Assembly: GCF_009914755.1 (NCBI RefSeq) | Contig: NC_060941.1 | DNA length: 64,000 nt | Strand: one strand, 5' to 3' | Source of the DNA: the human T2T-CHM13v2.0 reference genome, Homo sapiens | In this document: positions 27,992 through 44,089 of the stretch, in pieces | How the letters are laid out: every line of letters starts with the position of its first letter | Numbering within the stretch: position 1 is the first letter of the stretch | Program-made: the position numbers and the translations under genes | The notes under the pieces: generated by a model | Told to the model about the DNA's origin: nothing | The model's database searches: none | What the model saw: only the letters and a program-made list of their open reading frames with translations

Positions 27992-29768
27992 TCAACATTT
28001 TTAATTGCCAACACAACCCTGTTTCACAAAGACAACTGCATGACAGAGGGGTTTCCAACATTGTCCTCCCCATAGGATAGTCCACCACGTTCTCCAACCT
28101 AGATTGGGGCATAGGGTAGAAAAGAGTACTTTTAAGACTAAGGTTTAGTGAAGACAAAGAACCAAGTAACCCAAACAATATACTAGTAGGTAGACTCCTG
28201 AACAGTTAAAGTTTTCTTCAGTGGTACCATCTTCCTGAGCACATCTGGAAACACAAGGTACGTCTGGCTGTCACAAAGAATGGAGGGTGGTACTGGCCTT
28301 TAGTGCCTGGATGCCAGGGGTGTGAAACATCCAACTATCTCTAGAAAGTTCTACAATTGATAGAACAGTCAAGCACAATGAATGGTGTGCCCCCACTAAT
28401 ACTGCATGACCAACTGGCCCTTGTATACAGCTCTAGGACTACAGAAGAAAGAAGCAATAGGAAAAATCATTTTAAGCTCACTGCTCTCAAAGCCTTTCCT
28501 TATGCATTTTGAGCTTTTGTGAAGCTCCTGCCAGGCAAGCATATGGCCCAAACCTGTTTCTCAACCTCTGCATCTAAATTTATCTCCAAGTTAAGGGCAG
28601 AAGCCAGATACAGGCCCACAGGATATTTGTCCAACAAGGCACTTGGCTTCATCCTGGCCCAGGCAGCAAACAGACACAGGGCTATGTCGGTGATTCTTGG
28701 ACTAAGCAATTGAGAAATATTGAGAAAGTCTCAGAAGGAAGGAGACTGTAGTCATTGTTCATTGTGACCATCATTAGCTCAGTTCTTTAATGCCAAGAAC
28801 TCTGCCAAGCATGGAGAAGATGGCAAGTCAGGCCCATGGGAAAACCATTCTTACCATCTGTGGGCTCTAGGGAAATACCTGCACCCCGGCACTTCCCTTC
28901 TCTCTCTGTCCTCAAACATAATATCCCTCAGTAAAGGCCCAACTCGGGTCCCCAAGTGTTCTCTTTAAAGAAGGGCTAATATTTATGAAGTAGCTAAAGA
29001 GCAGGGTAGTCAGGAATCCACAATTAATTCAATACTATAAGGCTATCTTTATAAAATGTTTAGCAGCATATGTTTTTGTTTTTGTTTTCACAAAAGCCAA
29101 CCAAAAACACTGATCTTCCAGGTTCCCATCTCTGTCCCTTTCCTATTAGCCTAAACATCAGGCCAGAAAAAGTATGATTGAAGATTAAATCTAATTCTGG
29201 GGCACTTGATTCCCTCATTAAAGACTTCAATCTAGAATAGAATAAGGAAAGCAAGACTATTTACAGAGTCACTGGGGATGTCCTTAATGATTATATCCTT
29301 GTTCCCCTAGATCTCTTTGACAATTATATAGGCAGCTGTAAAGGAAGAGTGAATGGATTGTTACAAGGCCTTAATACCTAGAGATATTAAACTGAATTAC
29401 GTTCAAGAGCCAAAACCCTGGGATGGCAGTGGTATTGTGGGAGGCTGGGAGGGTAGTAATGTATGACTATGAGACAGGATCAAAACATAAAGCAATAGTG
29501 ATGGCACCAATAAAGTGATCGCAAAGAAATAGTTATTGTTACAGAAAGGACTGTAAAAAAAGATAGGTTAGAAACAAGCAGTCAGGAGAATGGCAGACAG
29601 GGGGATATCGATTCTTGGCTCATGATATTTTAACTGTAGCTGGGAGATTTATGAAACAATCTTAGGATAAAGTATTTTTTATTTTTAAGGGAACTGTCAT
29701 GAATTTTTTATGTACTTAAAAGTTGGATATTCTCCAACAGACAGAAAAATTAGTTAAGTAATTTGCAT

Positions 29769-32062
29769 TGATATGGTTTGGCTGTGCCCCCATCCAATCT
29801 CAACTTGAATTGTATTTCCCAGAATTCTCATGTTTTGTGGGAGGGACCCAGTGGGAGATAACTGAATCATGGGGGTCAGTCTTTTCCCTACTATTCTCAT
29901 GATAGTGAGAATACTGATCTGATGGGCTACAAGATCTGATGGGTTTATCAAGGTTTCTGCTCTCCTTCTTCCTCGTTTTTCTCTTGCCATTGCCATGTAA
30001 GAAGTGCCTTTCACCTCCCGCCATGATTCTGAGGCCTCTCCAACTATGTGGAACTGTAAGTCCAATTAAGCCTCTTTTTATTCCCAGTCTTGGGTATGTC
30101 TTTATTAGCAGTGTGAAAATGGACTAATATAGTAAATTGGTACCAGTAGGGTAGGGCATTGCTGAAAAGATACCCAAAAATGTGGAAGCAACTTTGGAAC
30201 TGTGTAATAGGCAGAGGTTGGAACAGTTTGGAGGGCTCAGAAGAAGACAGGAAAATGTGGGAAAGTTTGGAACTTCCTAGAGATTTGTTGAATGGCTTTG
30301 ACCAAAATGCTGATAATAATATGAGCAATAAGGTCCAGGCTCAGGTGGTCTCAGATGGAGAGGAGGAACTTGTTGGGAATTGGATCAAAGGTGACTCTTT
30401 TTCTGTTTTAGCAAAGAGACTGGCAGCATTTTGTCCCTGCCCTAGAGATCTGTGGAACTTTGAACTTGAGATAGATGATTTAGGCTATCTGGTGGAAGAA
30501 ATTTCTAAGTAGCAAAGCATTCAAGAGGTGACCTGGGTACTGTTAACAGCATTCAGCTTTAAATAGGAAACAGAGCATAAAAGTTCAGAAAATTTGCAGC
30601 CTGGCTATGTGATAGAAAAGAAAAAACCATTTTCTGGGGAGAAATTCAAGCCGGCTGCAGAAATTTGCCTAAGTAGCAAGGAGTCTAATGTTAATCCCCA
30701 AGACCATGGGGAAAATGTCCCCAGGCCATGTCAGAGACTTTCACAGCAGCCCCTGCTATCACAGGCCCAGAGGACCAGGAGGAAAATGTGGTTTCATGGG
30801 CCAGGCCCAGGGTCCCCATGTTGTGTGCAGTCTAGGGACTTGGTGCCTTGTGTCCCAGCTGCTCCAGACTTGGCTGAAAGGGGCCAACATAGAGCTCAGG
30901 TTGTGGCTTTAGAGGGTGGAAGCCCCAAGCCTTGGGAGCTTCCAAGTGGTAATGAGCCTGCAGGTACACAGAAGTCAAGAACTGAGGTTTGGGAACCTCC
31001 ACCTAGATTTCAGAAGATGTATGGAAACGCCTGGATGCCCAAGCAGAAGTTTGCTGCAGGGGGCAGGGCCATCATGGAGAACCTCTGCTAGGATGGTGTG
31101 GAAGGGAAATGTGGGGTTGGAGCCCCCACACAGAATCCCTACTGGGGCACTGCCTAGTGGAGCTGTGAGAAGAGGGCCACCATCCTCTAGACCCCAGAAT
31201 GGTAGAGCCACCAACAGCTTGCATCTGCACCCGGAAGAGCCGCAGACACTCAATGCCAGCCCAAGAAAGCAGCCAGGAGGGAGGCTGTACCCTGCAAAGC
31301 CACAGGGGTGGAACTGCCCAAGACCATGGGAACCCACCTCTTGCATCAGCATAACCTGGATGTGAGACCTGGAGTCAAAGGAGATCATTTTGGAGCTTTA
31401 AAATTTGACTGCCCCACTGGATTTTGGACTGGCTTGGGCCCTGTAACCCCTTTGTTTTGGCAAATTTCTCCCATTTGGAATGGCTATATTTACCCAATAC
31501 CTGTATCCCCATTGTATCTAGGAAGTAACTAGCTTGTTTTTGATTTTACAGGCTCATAGGCGGAAGGGACTTGCCTTGTCTCAGATGAGACTCTGGACTG
31601 TGGACTTTTGAGTTAATGCTGAAATGAGTTAAGATTTTGGGGGACTGTTGGGAAGGCATGATTGGTTTTAAAATGTGAGGACATGAGATTTGGGAGGGGC
31701 CGTGGCAGAATGATATGGTTTGGCTGTGCTCTCACCCAAGTCTCAACTTGAATTGCATTTCCCAGAATTCCCATGTTTTGTGGGAGGGACCCAGTGAGAG
31801 GTAATTGAATCATGGGGGCTGGTCTTTCCCACGCTATTCTTGTGATAGCGAGTAAGTCTCACAAGATCTGATGGGTTTATGAAGAGTTTCTGCTTTTCCT
31901 TCTTCCTCATTTTTCTCTTGCCACCGCCATGTAAGTGTCTTTTGCCTCCCACCATAATTCTGGGGCATCCCCAAACATGCAGAACTGTAAGTCCAATTAA
32001 ACCCCTTTTTCTTCCCAGTCTCAGGTATGTCTTTATCAGCAGTGTGAAAATGAACTAACACA
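29769..32062 (+). mobile_element. Full-length THE1A-type MaLR element (LTR 29769-30131, internal 30132-31710, LTR 31711-32062)
   Basis: Two homologous ~355-bp LTRs starting tgatatggtttggctgtg; internal region with disrupted MaLR ORF pieces (30159-30512, 30594-31091); 5-bp TSD TGCAT at 29764-29768 and 32063-32067. Confidence 0.95.
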
Positions 32063-32179
32063 TGCATTAAAAATAGATAGATCTGGCAGTTCTAGCACAT
32101 AGCAGTCTAGCTAATGTGGACCACCCTCCACCTCACCCCTAATTTACAAACATAAAAATGCTAGAGGAAATGTATGGCT

Positions 32180-32885
32180 TGCAATGAGATACCATTTCAT
32201 ACCCAATAGGATGGCTGTTATCAAAAAATAACAAATATTGGTGAAGATATAAATTAGTGCCCTTGTGTACTGCTGGTGAGTATAAAAATGTAAAGAAATT
32301 CCTCAAGAAATTAAAAATAGAATTACCATGTGATCCAGCAAATCCACTTATTTGTATATATTCAAAAGAACTGAAAGTAGGGACAAACATATTTGCACAC
32401 CCATGTTCATAGCAGCATTATTCATAATAGCCAAAAGGTAGAAATAACCCAAGTGCCCATCAATGGATGAATAAATAAATAAAATGTGGTAGGTACATAT
32501 ATTGGAATATTATTCAGCCTTAGAAAGAAATTCTAACACACACTACAATATTAATGAACATAGACAACATTACGCTAAGTGAAATAAACCAGTCGCCAAA
32601 AGACTGTATGATCCCGTTCATATGAGGTACATAGAGTAGTCAAATTCATAGAGACGGAAAGCAGAATGTGATTAACAGGGGCCAGGGGGAGGGGGAAATG
32701 AGGAGTTATTGTTTAATGGGTACAGAGTTTTAGGTCTGCACGGAAAAGAAGTACTAGAGACGGATGGTAGAGATGGTTGCACAACAATGCACACATACTT
32801 AATCCCACTGAGCTATTACACTTAAAAGTGGTTAAAATGGTAAATTTCATGTTATATATATTTTACCATTAAAATAAATAAATAA
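32180..32885 (+). mobile_element. L1M (L1MA/MB-like) 3' end
   Basis: caatgagataccatttcatacc...atgttcatagcagcattattcataatagccaaaagg...ttaaaatggtaaatttcatgttatatatattttacc. Confidence 0.85.
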
Positions 32886-33665
32886 GGAGCATACAAAACA
32901 GAAACAAAAACTATATGGCTGAGCTTAAAAAAGAGAAAGGGAAATTATCTTCCAAAGGAAGTCAAAGCAGAGTGACGAACTCTGAAGGTGAACTATAGAA
33001 GCCAGAGAAAATAAGAAACTAGATGTAAGATCTAGTCTAGATGTCAGGCTTTTAACACTCACACAGAAACAGGACCACACTTGCAGGAAGGAGTTGAAGC
33101 TAAGGCCCCTAAATGAAACAAGAGCCTTAAAAAGGCACATTTACGGAGGCCAATGCAGAGGCTGGATGCACTCCACCCACCTGCCAAGTGAAGTAATGGG
33201 AAAACTTGCTCTGCTCAGGATGCCTATGAGAAACTGAAGCTCTAGGCCTACACCATGCTCAGGTGTGGATTGTGAAATTATACCACCTGAGGGTTTCAAA
33301 AAAAAGGTAAAAATGGTCCCATGTTTATAACTTGCCAATGAGAGTGCAAACTGGTATAAACCCTATGGAAGGGAATTTGGAAATATGTGCCATAATAACA
33401 AAGCCTGTACAATAGCAGAAAACAATGAGATAATATTTTCAAAGTGCTGAGAGAAAACAATGGGTAACTTAGTAAATTATCATTCAATAGTAAGGAGCAA
33501 TAAAGACCTTTTGAGGGCAGCAAAACTAAGAGAGTATCACTACCAGATGTACACTAGAAGGAGAAAGAATATATAGCAGTAAGAAAGAAAGTGAATCCAG
33601 AAGGAAGAAGACAGTTGCAAGAAAGAGTGGTGAACAAAGAAATGAATAAACATATGGAAAGTCTA

Positions 33666-33965
<300 letters not shown>

Positions 33966-34317
33966 CTAAAATATTGAATGAGAACACATGTAAACACAGG
34001 AGGAATTACTGTATTTAAAATGTTTTAAGGACTTTGTATTGTTAGGGAGGAGCAGAGTTACTATGTTAAGTATGCAAGTTAAAATTTTTAAATTAACCCT
34101 ACAGTAATAAAAATAGAATATATCATTTCCAAACCATCAAAGAGAAAAAAATGGGAAGTAGACAAAATTGAATCAATCTAATTGAAGGTAGTAAAAAGAG
34201 AAAGCATTTTTTAAAAAGAAGAGTAAACAAAAAGTATCAAAATTATATAGTAGAAATAAATCTATCACTAATCATCAAAAATAACTAAACTCACCAGTTA
34301 AAAGATACTGCCCAATT

Positions 34318-34545
34318 ACTCCTGCAATCTCAGCACTTTGGGAGGCCAAGGCAGGAGGATCGGTCCAGCTCAGGAGTTCCAGACCAGCCTGGGCAACATA
34401 GCGAAACCCCATCTCCACTAAAAATAAAATAAAATAAAAAATAAATGAGCCGGATGTGGTGGTGCTCACCTGTAGTCTCAACTACTTGGGAAGCTAAAGT
34501 AGAAGAATCCCTTGAGCCCAGGAGATCGAGGTTGCAATGAGTTAT
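34318..34545 (+). mobile_element. Partial Alu (AluJ-like)
   Basis: Alu text lacking both ends. Confidence 0.8.
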
Positions 34546-35553
34546 TAAATTAATAAAATCTAGCAATAATGTGTTTTTAGAGACACATTTAATACCTGAA
34601 AACAAAGAAATTTCATAAAAGGATGGGAAAACATACTAGAAAAATAATATCCTTTCCCTATCCCCTGCACCAAAATAGAGCTGGCATTGCTAGATGAATA
34701 TAAAACAAAATAAGACTTTAAGGGAAAAAGTATCATTTTATAAAGCATTTCTATAAAAATATAAATTATCAAAACAGCCTCGAAAGGAAATAGAAAACAT
34801 GAGACCTAAAATAATAAAGAAAATTGAATCAGTAGTCAAAAATCTATCCTTCCCATCTAAAAAACTACTAGACTCAGACCAAACTGTCAAGAAATAGATA
34901 ACCCTCCATTTTACCAATCAAACTTCCACAGAAAACAAAGAGTAATAATTCCTCAACTCATTTTATGAGGCTAATATGTCACTGATGTAAAAATTAGAAG
35001 AGGAAAGTAGAACAAGTAAAATTATAGGCCAACAGTGCTTATGAACACATGTAAAAACCTAAATAAATATTAGCATTGAGTCCAGCAGTATATAAATAGT
35101 ACCATATTTCATTGAATCTAAAATGTCACTCATTATAAGATGCACCCATTACTTCATAGACTAAAAGAAAATGCTATCACTTCAACCATGACATAATACT
35201 TTATCATTCATACATTTTTTATATTTACTGTAAGAGCTTTTTAAACTTACATATACAATTTTTTATCATATATCGTTCCTATGCATTAATAACATAGGCA
35301 AAATAATAAGGTAAGATACTCTTAAGACTTCATAATCAAGAGTCCAACTCTTCTAAATCACTTTTCAACTTAGAGTCTCTGACACTCATTCTCACCATCA
35401 AGAAGTGGTAATGCAACATTTCATGAAAAAGTCTCTACTACTATCTCTGGCATTTTCTTCTAAGCCATTGACACATATTCTGAAAATTTTGATGTTGAAG
35501 TTTTTTTCTTTAACTTCCTGGAACATGACATTGTAGTACAGAAACATACTGAA

Positions 35554-35720
35554 AGCCAGGTGGGGTGGCCCCCACCTGTAATCCCAACACTTGGGGAGGC
35601 TGAGGTGGGAGGATCACTTGAGGCCAGGTGTTCAAGACCAGCCTGGGCAACACAGTGAGGCCCTGTCTCTACATACATACATACATACATACATACATAC
35701 ATACATACATACATACATAC
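35554..35720 (+). mobile_element. Alu left monomer (FLAM-like) with (TACA)n tail
   Basis: Monomer followed by ~13 TACA units. Confidence 0.85.
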
Positions 35721-36310
35721 AAGAAATATACTGGAATATGCCCTGCTTAGATTTTAAAAGTATAAGCATAGATTGCAAATCCCACTTGATGTAAACAAAA
35801 CTTTTAAAACACATTTTATATATATATAACTTATTATATGAGTCCAGATTCAGAAACTTGGGGTAAGGCAGTTCCAGATAGTTTCATTTCACCTGTAAAC
35901 TGTGTCACTTTGGCTGATATTGTAATTTGTAAACGTATCATATGTTTACAGATGTGGCCTGCATTAATGTTCCTATTTTGGTTTTTGTTGAATCTCCTGT
36001 CTGCTTGCCAAAACCTAGGATGCTTCAGGCCCATGTACAATCAAAAGCAGAGGCATCCTTGAGCGTTAAAGCATTGAACTAACTGGAAAATGCAATATAC
36101 CATATAACTGAAGTGAAAAAAGGCTGTATTTTTGTGTTTTTTTAAATAAAAGTTTGTGTAACTTTTTTTAAAAAAAGAAATACACTGGAATACTCCAAAA
36201 CTGCTAAAATGAGTGAATGGATAAGTCTCAAAACCATTAAGTGAGAAATAAAAGCACAAAAGTATATCTACAGAGCGATACAATTTATACATTTTAAAAA
36301 CCCAAGAAAA

Positions 36311-38110
<1,800 letters not shown>

Positions 38111-38871
38111 GTCTGGATACTGCCTTAGAAAGATGCTGACAGCATATTAAGTGGAAAAAACAGGCTATAAAATTATAGGGTTAAAGGAACCTTCTCCTAT
38201 ATGCACAAACAGGCCAAAGTTCCATTAATGCACCTGCCATATTTTAGTCTCTTATCAACTACCATCCACGGAAAGAAGTTAACCACAAGAACTCTAATAA
38301 AAATAAAAAGCATAATAGATTAATTCTAGAGTTTCAAACAAGAAAGATATTGCTATAATATCTATACTGAACAGTTGTATTATAAGCCAAAAATAATTAT
38401 TTCCCACCATTGGTGTCAATAATTCTCTTTCCAGATGAGACCTGTTCTATCTCACCATCTAGACAGAGAGCTACCAGAGCTAGCACAGTGGCATAAATTG
38501 TTGATCATACATACAAAAACAGCCAGATAAAATATAATAAATGATATACAAAATAAATTGAGTCAGATATTATAAACAATGCAACCCAAAGCTACACGCC
38601 ATATTTATAAGAGGAAAGAGTGGCAGCAAAAAGTCACTGAAAGAATTTTGAGAGAAAATGAAACATTCTGTCCTACTATATTTATACCCTCTGATAAATT
38701 GGAAATTTACTTGGGTGTACTAAAACCTCTATTTTGTTAATTAAAACTTGTCAAAAGGTCTAAGTATCATAAAGATCCTATGCTATAAAAACTGCAATAG
38801 CATATAACAAAGAGTGGGGAGTTAGGACTCTTGGGGAAATATTTAAATATTATTCCTTTACTGTAAAAGTA

Positions 38872-38877
38872 TTTATT
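38872..38877 (-). terminator. Distal polyadenylation signal AATAAA of CCT6B
   Basis: Second tttatt 69 nt further downstream. Confidence 0.6.
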
Positions 38878-38940
38878 GTGTTCTTTATACCTTGATGAAA
38901 TATTTTTGAGACTATTAAGACCCAAAAGACATAAACTGCA

Positions 38941-38946
38941 TTTATT
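38941..38946 (-). terminator. Proximal polyadenylation signal AATAAA of CCT6B
   Basis: tttatt on the + strand ~98 nt after the stop; GU/U-rich sequence downstream on the minus strand (gtttatgtcttttgggt). Confidence 0.8.
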
Positions 38947-39043
38947 GTGTAGAAATTCAGAATGGCTCAGGCTACACAATAGTAGTCAGATGTAAAGTGT
39001 ACTAAATTTCATCTTCTAGAAGGGTTGATTTTGAATTCAATCA

Positions 39044-39113
39044 TCATTTGAGAGAAGACATCCCAGCTCGCATAATTTCATCAACCAGGAGAATGTTGGT
39101 GGCAATCACTGTG
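39044..39113 (-). CDS. CCT6B: CCT6B last exon, coding part (70 nt): TVIATNILLVDEIMRAGMSSLK*
   Basis: Acceptor ccttag|C; stop TGA at 39046-39044, immediately followed by a second TGA. Confidence 0.96.
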
Positions 39114-39224
39114 CTAAGGAAAAAGATGAGAGGGTGAGTAAAGCCTACTAACCCACTCTTAGCTTTTTTCCCCAGCAATCTTTACCTATGTAGGGTACTT
39201 TGTTCTTTAATGATGTTAGTATGA

Positions 39225-39593
<369 letters not shown>

Positions 39594-39957
39594 TAAACTC
39601 CTTTGCTGATAAAGTGCATTCCTGATTTATATTTCAGCAAAATTGAGCTTATTTTTACAATATCATTTGATTTTCTCCATCATGCATGTGCTATTATTTC
39701 AGTAAATTTCCCCTTTTCTTTCCCCCTCAAATAGTAAGATTAATTTTTCTTAGAACTTAACACTGCTAGATCTAAAATATAAAAGGGACTATGGACTATA
39801 AAATGACAGAAGCTAGTTCTAATAACTGAATACCACACCTTTCATACACTTGACAATTTTTCCACTGTACAGGGACAAAAATAATAGAAAAAATTTCATC
39901 TTAATATTATCAATTATAACTCTACAGGTCTTTCACTTTATGTTCATATGAACTTAC

Positions 39958-40030
39958 CAAGAGTGAAGAAGTTGTTTTTTTACACAATAATTATCCCAAA
40001 CTCCTGCATCTGCTGCTACCATTGGCTCAC
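39958..40030 (-). CDS. CCT6B: CCT6B exon 13 (73 nt): [23 protein letters not shown](C)
   Basis: Acceptor tttcag|GT, donor TG|gtaagt. Confidence 0.96.
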
Positions 40031-40454
40031 CTGAAAAGTAAAAACAATTTTCATACCAAAATCTTAGTATTTGCTATTAATATTAATTGATATCTTCTAA
40101 AAATATTTAATACATTACCAAAACTACTTTTGTCAAGGTCATCAATGACCTCCATATTGTTAAATCCAATGGTTGATTCTCAGACCTCATCTACCAGTAT
40201 TTAACACAGTTGATCACATTCTGCCGCCTACTCTATGTTATCTTCCAGGATACCACACTCTTCTGGTTTTCTTTCTTTTGCATTAGTGGCTCCTTTTCTG
40301 ATTACTTTGCTGCTTCTTCCTCTTCCTCCCTGACCTCTTAACGTTGGAGTACCCAAAAGTTCAGTCCCAGCCTCTTTTCTCTCTACCCTTAATCCCTAGG
40401 TGATCTCATCCAGACTTTTAGATTTAAACCATACACATCTGATGACTCTCAAGG

Positions 40455-40881
<427 letters not shown>

Positions 40882-41053
40882 TAAAAGATTACAGATGCTT
40901 CAACTTTGACTCTGCCAAAACTGAATGCTGATGTCCTCTCACCCACAACCTGCTCCAGCCAGTATTCTCCACCACAGTTGATTGCAACTCCAACCTTCTA
41001 CTTGTTCAGTTGACTTCTCTACAAAGTGGAGAGTGGCCAGAGTGATTCTCTTA

Positions 41054-41275
<222 letters not shown>

Positions 41276-41943
41276 TTAATTAGGCCATGTCACACCTCTG
41301 CTCAAAATTGCTCCCTGCTCCTCTAAAGTAAAAGCCAAAGTCCTGAGACTGGTCCAAATGCCCCTGCATGATCTGACCTTCTGTCACCTCTCTCACCTCC
41401 TTCCTCAGAAACATCAGACACTGGCTTTTCCACTGGCTGTTCTCTTTCCCTAGAACACTTAACCCCAGTTGCCTACATGGCTAATTTCCTCACTTCCTTC
41501 CACTTTTTTTCAACAGACATCTAGATGATGCCTACCCTGACCAACCCTTTAAGCTGTCATTCTCTCTCCACCCTCCTGTACTAGCATTCATGATCATTAT
41601 TATAGCACTCTTTTTTCCATATAATTCATTACTTTTTCTAAAATGCTGAAGGAGTTTATTTATTAAAGTTATTATTTACTGCCTACCTTCTCCCACTACA
41701 ACATAAGCTCCCAGGGGCAGATATTTTTGTCTGTTTTGTTCTGTGTGAAGCCCAAGAGGAAAACAAGCACTCAATAACTATTTCTTAAATGAATGAACAT
41801 TTTTTAAGAAGCTCAAAAATAAACTAAAGGCATCCAAAATTTAAATATTAAAGTTACCCAAACCTCTACTCCTTTACCATAAGATCTGGGTAACTAAAGA
41901 ATAACCTCTTTATTAAGCAGCTAATTTTCCTTCACTTTCTTAC

Positions 41944-42046
41944 CTGTATTCAAATCTACGCCCACAAGTTGTTTTGACTCGACATGCTCAGCCTGAACTT
42001 TTACTAATGTTTCCTGTGGGTCATAACCAGCATTCTGAGCAAGAAC
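41944..42046 (-). CDS. CCT6B: CCT6B exon 12 (103 nt): [34 protein letters not shown](G)
   Basis: Acceptor cctaaag|GTT, donor G|gtaaga. Confidence 0.96.
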
Positions 42047-43361
42047 CTTTAGGAATAAAAATAATAATATATATTATATATATATGCATAATACCTTCAC
42101 ATATATCAAATATAAAAATACTCTTTACTCTTGTAAAAACACATCCATAACATGGCAATCATCTCCTTTTGAAGAATTCCACTTTTAATCTAAATCAAAT
42201 TATTATTTCATCTATCTAGTAGTTTTTATATTTACTTAAACATTTCCCCTATGCACGTCACACTAAATTCTGAGGACATCAGAGTTCCCCCATTTTTACC
42301 CTACTACATTAATTTCCCTCCTTGCAAAAGGTTTGTTTTGTTTTGTTTTGTTTTTAGTATGGAAGGAAGTAGAATGATATTCTTGTTTCCTCTAGTGCCG
42401 CTAGCCACATGCCCTCCAGTTCTTCATAGGCACTTGCTAAGGAAACCAGAATATTTGCAGCACCTTTGTGCCCCTCATCTTCATGAGGAGAGTCACGACC
42501 TGTGGTAACAGGGTTGGAGATACCTGCACTCCAAACCAGGCTCACTTCCAAGTGGCCCCAAATCACCAGCTGATGAGGAAAAAGGTACCACCAATGTAAT
42601 GTGTACTGGGGTTACCAATTTCTGTCAGCAGCAGGATCATACTGACTTTGCTGCTCTGGGGAAAGAAAAAATAGCAAATCTAATTCACAAAGATTTCACA
42701 AATTATGAAAAATTTTAATAAAAATTAGCAAAGAGATTTTGCTAACATTGTTAATAATGTTTTAATTCATGGTAATAGCATCTTTGAAGTAGTTTTACTA
42801 TATTTCTAAGGTGGTTTGAAACCAATTAAGGCAAAGACAAAGGAATGGTCGCTTTCTGTCCTTAGGTTGCCACATGGAAAAATTCTGTTTTCTCTTTTTC
42901 TAGGAATTATAATGATGATGACAAATGTAAGGTTGTATCTAGGAGTGCTAAAGAGCCTCAAGCCCTCCCTCTCCACAATTTAAATTGATTACATTTGGAT
43001 ACCACTAACAAAACAAAGATGTACCACAAAATCTAACTAAATTTTAAATTCTAAACTTTTTCATTATGATTAGTTAATCATGAGTCATTTCTGAAGGAAA
43101 TTTTTGGAGCTGCTTTAATTTTTGGAACTCAGAGAAAGAAGCAAGGGGGTAAGTTGGCTATTTCATGAGATCGTGCAAGGATCCTGGGCTGTTATCGCAA
43201 AAGTTTCCCTGCTTTAGTTGTAAAATATCTAAGAGAAAACTGTGTAAGGAAATGCACATAAATACCTGTCTACTCCATTAACTATCAGATAATATGGGCA
43301 ATTTGTAATTAAACACCTTTATGTCTAAGCAGTTGTTATTTGGCCGAAAGGGTAGTTGTAC

Positions 43362-43495
43362 CTTGGGAATAATGAGTAAGGCATCAGCAAAAGCTTGGAC
43401 TCCAAGACGAGCTCTTCCTTTTATACTGTTCTTATATGTAACAAGAGCTTCAGCCATTGCCACTTCAATTGCACCAGCTCCAGGAACCATACAAC
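43362..43495 (-). CDS. CCT6B: CCT6B exon 11 (134 nt): [44 protein letters not shown]
   Basis: Acceptor caatag|GT, donor AAG|gtacaa; chaperonin VPGAGA motif; contained in ORF 43278..43607. Confidence 0.97.
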
Positions 43496-43783
43496 CTATT
43501 GGAGAGAAAAAATATGATTGGCAAGACATGCCATAAAGACCAAAAGAGAGAGAGAGACAGAAAAGCAATTCACTATTTAAGTATGTTCTATTATCTACAG
43601 AAACCAAATAAATTGCACAGCTTAGTAATTACTCAGTTATCTTATGAAACATCCTGAAGTTATATGTCATTAAATAAATAGGCATAGTACAGATAACTGG
43701 CTGCAAACAGCTTATTTTGCTCCTTACCCTCTGGTAAACAAGAATAATTTATTTTTACCTTCATCTTACTCTTTTATAACTAC

Positions 43784-44089
<306 letters not shown>

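Noticed and set aside
30159-31532. ORFs of 117-165 aa
   Set aside because: Stop- and frameshift-broken remnants of the THE1 internal region, not a host gene.
35100-35830. Possible TcMar (Kanga/MER104-like) fossil
   Set aside because: Only one terminus resembles the consensus I recall; the family cannot be supported.
43496-43607. Upstream in-frame extension of exon 11 in the ORF track
   Set aside because: Intronic sequence before a clear acceptor; not chaperonin-like.
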